From Azolla caroliniana (taxonomy: Eukaryota; Plantae; Polypodiophyta): a stretch of DNA of 26,526 nt. The stretch covers positions 1-26,526 of the forward strand of contig JBHGNT010000425.1 of assembly GCA_043228905.1 (NCBI GenBank). The letters are read 5' to 3'. The notes below the pieces were generated by a model, which searched no databases, was not told where the DNA came from, and saw only the letters and a list, made by a program, of their open reading frames with translations. This document shows, in pieces, positions 19,961 to 26,526 of the stretch (positions within the stretch are counted from its first letter, which is position 1; every line of letters starts with the position of its first letter). Position numbers and translations under genes: made by a program.

Positions 19961-21747
19961 TTGAAGATTGGAAATCCAAGAAAATAATCTTCAATGGATA
20001 TGACACCAATTGAGTTTGGCTTTAGGGATGCTATGAGGACTAAAAGAGTCCCAACATGACAATTACTAGTGTATGAAGGCCTAGGGTCTAAATATAGCTC
20101 CTATGTCTGAAACCTAGGTAAAAAAACTAAGGCATGGAGAAACATGACTATATTTTGGATGTTTGGAAGGAGAGTCACTATCACGTTTTTGTTGTGTCAC
20201 AAAAAAGTCATGATAGTGCTTGCTTTTTGAGAAAGGAATTCCTTTTTTTTATAAGGAAAAGAACACTTTTTTTAGACACAATGAAAAAGAGGTGTGTTTC
20301 CCCCACATTCTCGATTCTAATTTTGACACTCTTAGTTGTCGTCAACTATTGCCTTTGTTGTCCTAGCCGTCGTTAAGAGCCACCCTACTCATTGTTGAGT
20401 GACATTGACCATGATTACCCAATTAAGGAATAAGGGTCATTCCTTTGTATGGGGATGCTTTGGAATCGTAGGGTTTCAAAGATGATTAAGATCTCTACCA
20501 CTCCATTGCTACCTATTTTGTGTTATGTACACATAACATAGGTGAGGGTAGGTCACTAATATTTACATAAGTGAAGGGTATGTTCACTAATGTTAGAAAG
20601 GGACTAATGTGATTGGATAGAAGGAATGATAGGTGCATGCACTATCATGGGCTTGTCAACCAATGAATGGAGAGTCTTTTAGAACGGCACATCTATTCAA
20701 GAAGCCTAGAGAGTTAAAAATATGGGGCTTAGCTACCCTCATAAGGATATTATGTTGGAATGCTACGGCCTTAGACACTAGTGGTGTGGGCTAGGCTTTC
20801 GTCACAACGATCATGTTAATCTCTTCCAAGGTATTAGTCATCCTAATATCCGACAGTAATTGACATCAATGGTAGGTTGACTATGTCTTGATCATAGCTC
20901 GGGAGTGGTCGGGTGGAATAGGTTCTTCTATCCAATCTATTTACCTTGTTTTTACTTTATTTTGCTCTATTGATTAGTAATAGACTCTTAACATATTGTC
21001 TCTCAATAAGTTGTTTGTGTTGGAAATTGAGGGTAGTGGTTTTGCAATATCCACTACATTACTCCAAGATGGAAGTCCTAGATGTTTAAAAGCAAACAAT
21101 AAAATAAAGACCAACAAAATTATTCAACATATAAATTAAATTGCTACCTTCAAGAAAGGTGAAGACATGCATACCAAAGTTCGTGACAACTTGTCAACAT
21201 GATTTGCGAACCAGTGCAAGTTGGTTTTACCTTTGTTCAATAAGGTTCATGTTTCTCATGTTATCCATTTCAACTAGAGTATTGTAGGGTGTTCAAAACC
21301 GTTAGTCTTGCACCTGTAATGATATATCAAATGCATGTAATGTGTTATCATATGATATGGAACTTGTTTTACACTTGCAAGACAAGCAAACACATCATTA
21401 TGTTTATTGTAAGTTCCTACTAAAGCGGTGAGATGTTGATGGCTTAACAAGTTGGTCAACAACACCAACTTGGAAGAAGAAGCTACACTCCATAAATTAT
21501 TTCCTATATTCATTTTTGAAGTGAAATTGTTTTCAACAAGGGTGGACCGTGGGATAATATGACAACCAAGGTAGTCCCAACATGACAATCATACATGTAT
21601 ACTAGTCTTAAGGATAAACATAACCCCATGTGTGAAATATAAGAAAGTTGTATAGTCACCTAAGACCTTCATGTTGTTCTTATTATATAAAGTTCTCTAA
21701 CCTACAAAGTCATCAATCTTATTGACATTTGTAGAAGTGAATCAGTA

Positions 21748-22226
21748 GGCAAACTTTTTTTAAATGACCATTTTATAAGGAAAGACAAACTAAAAATACC
21801 ATTGGCATTTTCATAATTAAATTAGTAACTTATTGTTAGTGCAATTAATGTAGCTAAATGCGTTGATAGGGTATCATGATAATTTTCAAAAGTTCAGGTG
21901 ATCTAGGTATTTGGCTTAAATTGATTGAATTAGAAAGTGGGATTATTATGGGAATTTCATTTAAGTAGTTAACGTTCATTTCATTATTTGTGTTAATTTG
22001 ATAGAAGTTAGGAGTATTCTAGGATAAAGTAAAAATAAATGTAGGGTATCATGATAAATTTTTTTTTTTTTCCAAAAAAACACTACTTCCCATTAGTTAG
22101 CAAAAGAATTACATCATGATAATTTTTGAAAGAGGTCAGTGGTATTCTTGGGTAAACAAAACAATCGAAGCAGAGGGATATTCTGATAAATTGTGAAAAA
22201 CTTAGGGGACTTTTGACGTGTTCTCC
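21748..22226. repeat. AT-rich element with repeated GGGTATCATGATAA(TTTT) motifs; possible non-autonomous DNA transposon remnant
   Basis: Exact 16-mer tagggtatcatgataa at 21867 and 22042, with variants near 22113 and 22174. The ends are GG...CC, but there is no convincing TIR or TSD. Confidence 0.35.
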
Positions 22227-24111
22227 ATTCTTAATTAACTACACATAAAGTTGTGTTATCACAATATTTTTCTTATCTATGACTAATGAATGAACTTATC
22301 GACTAGAAATTGTGGGTGTTCAAAGCTTTTACATTATATGATCTCAATATTCATTATGACAAAAGAAGAGGCATTCATTCTTCATATAATTCTTCAAAAC
22401 TCATAGTTTAGTGAGTAGTCCTACTCATGTTAAAAGCAAAAATGGGTTTATTGTGTGTGCATGCTCCTATATGCCAATGTGCCCACACATTCTTTGGGGC
22501 CATAACTTTTTGGAGATTGGGAAAAAACAAATTTATTAGAATATGTGATGCAATTTCTTTCACTCACTACATGTTTAATAGATGAAGTGTCTTATAATGT
22601 TCATATGTCACTCCATCTCTTTCATGAAATCTCTCTTTTTATATTATTGGACATCATGCATGCATATAACATACTGTTGATTCAATTGACACAAACCGTT
22701 TGAGCTTGAGCGTGAGTTTACTCACTATCATGTACTCCATGAGCCATCCAATTGATATTATTGGTTATGTTAGTATAATAGTATCTTGTTCAATATATTG
22801 CTACTAGAGCATTTGAATAAACATCTTTGTTTTGTCCTAAGTTATGTAAAAAAAGATGAAAGATCATATTCATCTATACCCTACCTTATTGTGTTTTGTC
22901 CCCACATTAAAGAGAGCTTGACCTTGTTCTATGTCAATGTTGTTTTTCAATGTTATAAATATTCATCATAGTGTGTCTCTTAATTTCCTTGCTAAATTTG
23001 TACCTACTATAGCAAACATTTTTCTGGCTGATTTGGTATGTTGTAATATCATGGTGAGTAAGAAAATGTTAGTTCAAGCGTTTTTACTTCCTACAGCTCA
23101 AAGGGGATCTCTTTTGCTTTTGCTATATCTTTTTGTCCTTCTCGGTGTGTCTTTAAGGTAGTCTAGGGATAATATATCACAACACTATTCTAGATTGTTT
23201 TGACTCCCATATATATTTCATGATGGACAAGCATGGGCATAACTCACAACCTACACATAAGTGATATAAAATATAAAGTAAATCTAAAATGGAGTGATGG
23301 TACATATTCTATATAAAGAGTAATAAGTATATCAATATGGATCTTGTTTTTCTTGTTGATAGTAAAGCTTCGTCTTAAACCATACTAAATTAACATTATA
23401 ATATCAATTTTCATATAGATTTAATAACACACATGTTAGTTTGTCATGTGTTGGGCATGTAGAAGTGGCGTCACTCTTAACAAATATGGCATCTTTAGGG
23501 GAGCAAGAATTTCAAGCTTGAGGGGGATACTCTTGAACTGTTGTTCTCATATAGTATATGTAGAGAATTTTTAAACAACTTGATGTCTCACTATCATTAA
23601 ATAGAAGAGACCCACTTATGCCAAGATGGATTAATTCCAAGTGAATTGAGCACTGTAGGGATTTCGAAATAAGCTTGTATATATTTGTTTTTGGTTTAAT
23701 ATTGACCCCATGGACCATTCTTTCAATGAGCAATCTGGAGTGAATAAATTGAGAAGCATTTGGTAGGGGAATTGTTGACCATTCATTATAAGTGTTGTAT
23801 ATTTGTAGTCGTGCGAGGGCGCACACACACACACACACATGTGTGTGTGTGTATATATATATTGATGGTTAACAATGAGATAATCTATGTATACATTCAT
23901 TCTTGATGAGTAAGGTTCTCATTGTCTATGATGCTTCAAGTTGTCAATGGTTTTCATTAGACCTAGGAGATAACACTTGCGTATATTGGGAAAACATACC
24001 TTGTTTGGAATGATTCAACCTTGCACTTGTGAGCTCATCCATGTGTTGGGGAAACCTCAATGTTGACATATGTTCGACAATGGTCAACCTTTGACCTAGG
24101 AGCTAACATAG

Positions 24112-24396
24112 TGTGGAAGGTTTGGTAGGTGTGTGTGTATGAGAACCTGTTTGCGTACTCCGAAAACAACACAGAAAGGGAGGAGGGTGGAGACTTACAC
24201 AGAAACGAGCTTTAATGGAAAGCTTTATTACGTTCTCTCACTCTCTCACTCTCTCTCTCACTCAAAGACTTGATACAATGTGAATCTGTATACTTTACAA
24301 CGTTAGGTTATTGCTTATATACTAAGCCCTAACTATGTGGACAAGTTCACACTAGGATGGATACAAATTGGAAGGAGTCGGTCTTTTATGCCAACA
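24112..24396 (-). mobile_element. 3' LTR of minus-strand Copia element
   Basis: Minus-strand termini TGTTGG...CCACA, directly preceded by a polypurine tract. Minus-strand TATATAA and AATAAA lie inside. Confidence 0.8.
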
Positions 24397-24405
24397 AACT
24401 CCCCC
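24397..24405 (-). promoter_or_regulatory. Polypurine tract (GGGGGAGTT) abutting the 3' LTR
   Basis: Plus-strand aactccccc immediately beside the LTR terminus ccaaca. Confidence 0.8.
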
Positions 24406-24558
24406 GTAAAAGGACTACTCTTTCTTGTGTATACAAATGTTTGGGGTTATCTCCCCCGTAAATCTAGATTATAAGATTATCCTAAATTTACAGTACAAGT
24501 TAGTCAGCATGCGGCCGAGTCGGCAGAGGTATAGTAATTGTAGATATAGTTGTTCTGA

Positions 24559-26526
24559 TTAGGTCTTACCTATTGTCCCTCGTTCGACTTTCTTCTGCTT
24601 GGTCGATTGTCGTAGTCTCATCTTTGTCCTTAATGCTTCGAAGCGTAGATCTAGGAGTGGCTTCGTCAGGCAATCAGCGATATTCACCTCGGTGTTGATT
24701 TTCCGGATTTCGAGCTTCTTCTCGGTTACGAGCTCGTGGATGTGATGATACCGCACCTCAATATGCTTCGTCTTTGCGTGGTAGACGGGATTGTTGATGA
24801 GGTATATTGTGCTTTGTGAGTCGCAATGGATGGTTGGCGATAACCGGTCGTTTCTGCTTGTATCTGAGAAGTCTGCAGACAATCAGTGCAACCAAATCGT
24901 TTCCTTTGCTGCTTCTGATGCCGCTATGTACTCGGCTTCTGTGGTAGACAGAGCCGTGCACTTTTGAAGTTTCGACCTCCATGATATTGCACCACCACCA
25001 TAGGTGAAGATGTAGCCTGATGTCAATTTCCGATTATATGTATTTCTAGCATAGTTGGAATCGGTGTAGCCTTCAACTTTGGTTGAGGTTGTCAAACTGA
25101 AAGTCAGCTGTGTATCTTCGGTCCCTCTTAGGTACCCGAAGATGTGCTTGACGGTCTCCCAATGCTTCTGTCTGGGGTTTGACATGTACTGGCTGACCAC
25201 CCCTATGGCATAGGCTAGGTCGGGTAGGGTCGCCACCATTGCGTACATGATACTTCCTACGACCGATGTGTAGGGCATCTTTCCATTAAGCTCTCTCTCC
25301 TTGTCCGTTGAAGGAGAGTCTCTATCCGATAATCGGATCAACGTCGGAAGTAGTGTTGGTGGTGGCTTCGCATTCTCCATGTTGAAGCGCTTCAACACCT
25401 TCTGGATATAGTCGGACTGGGAGAGTCGGTTCGCTCGATCCTCATGCCCAGTATTTGTTGGGCTTGTCCGAGTTCCTTCATCGCGAACTTGTCGTGAAGG
25501 CTCCGCTTCAGCTTTCCGATCTCTACTTGATTGCTTCCTGCAATCAACATGTCGTTGACATATAGGATCAGATAGATCCTGGACTCATCAGCTAGTTGCC
25601 GAACATACATACATGGGTCGGAGTCAGTTTTGCAGTATCCAAGTTGCTTGATGTAAGACTTTTCTTTAATCGACATATGAGAGGTGTCTTTCCTCCCCCG
25701 TCGCCAAGAAGCCAGCCTGTTGAGACATGTAGATGTCTTCCAGATCTCCATGTAGGAATGCCGTCTTTACGCCCATCTGCTCAAGCTCAAGATCTTTTGT
25801 CACTACAACTCTTAGTAGGAGTCGGAGGGTGGTCAACTTGAGTATTGGTGAGAATATCTCATTGTAGTCGATCCCATGTTCTTGCTTGAACCCTTTCGTG
25901 ACAACCCGAACTTTGTACTTGGGTTTTTCTGAGTCAGATACATAGTTGTATTGGAATACCCATTTGCAAGGTAGCGGCTTTCTTCTAGCTGGTAGTTCGA
26001 CCATCTCCCAAGTTTGATTCTGGTGAATCGAGTCCATTTCGGATTCCATGGCTTGTAGCCATGTTTCAGCGTCTGGTGCGGTCATAGCTTCTTCATATGT
26101 GCTTGGTTCACCGACATCAGTGTAGTTGACGTAGTCGAGGCCCAGTTGGTAGAACTCTGTTTGCCTTCGAGCTCGTCCAGATCTCCTGGGTGCCGAGTTA
26201 AGAGGTTTGGAGTCTTTCATCGATTCTGTAGGTCGATCGATACTTGTTGAACCGTTTGTGTCAGGAGTCTTGTTAGGTGACCCGCCCCCATGTCGGGATT
26301 TCGGTGGTGTCACATTGTTCTCCCCTATGGAGTTTGTCAACTTGGTTCTGTTTCCTACTTGCATCTTGTTGACTTTGCTTGCTTCAACTCTTGTCGAATC
26401 AGCTCTGTCGTTGATGGCTTTGTCTTCGAGTTCGACTAGTGGACTTCCTACCGATTCGGAATCAGCAGGTATGTTGTCGGCTTGTTCGAGTTTGACTATT
26501 TGTCGAATCTTTGAGTTGGCCCGGTG
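24559..26526 (-). mobile_element. Decayed Ty1/Copia pol (linker, reverse transcriptase, RNase H); element continues beyond the window
   Basis: EPSTYEEA, WLQAMESEMDSIHQNQTW, CKWVF, KGFKQEHGIDYNEIFSP, KTAFLHGDLE, LILYVNDMLIAG, FAMKELG, YTSVVGSIMYAM, GYTDSNYA, ISWRSKLQKCTALSTTEAEY, HAKTKHIEVRYH and ADCLTKPL. It has frameshifts and an in-frame TGA at 24883-24885. Confidence 0.96.

Noticed and set aside
20700-20900. YGLRH peptide resembling the tyrosine-recombinase HxLRH motif
   Set aside because: It is followed immediately by a stop and no other recombinase motifs are visible, so it is likely chance.

Overview
This is a repeat-rich, AT-rich land-plant nuclear window, possibly from a fern or other seed-free plant (inference only). 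It holds one intact host gene: a class II trehalose-6-phosphate synthase/phosphatase (TPS) on the minus strand, with three coding exons (15431-13432, 13071-12798, 12530-12213; 863 aa) and a probable 5'UTR intron. The first ~5.3 kb is a nest of LTR-retrotransposon debris. It comprises a decayed Gypsy RT/RNase H split by a TSD-flanked solo LTR, a 1.27 kb unit bounded by long inverted repeats, an accessory coiled-coil ORF running into an LTR, and a truncated Copia (LTR, tRNA-iMet PBS, gag). Decayed LINE fragments and small repeats flank the TPS gene, and the 3' half of a decayed Copia (minus strand) runs off the right edge. The most unusual item is the solo LTR at 405-867. It carries a phased heat-shock-element array just upstream of its TATA box and an outward-facing tRNA-like A-box/B-box module at its U3 end. 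No wholly new multi-gene system can be supported from the sequence alone.
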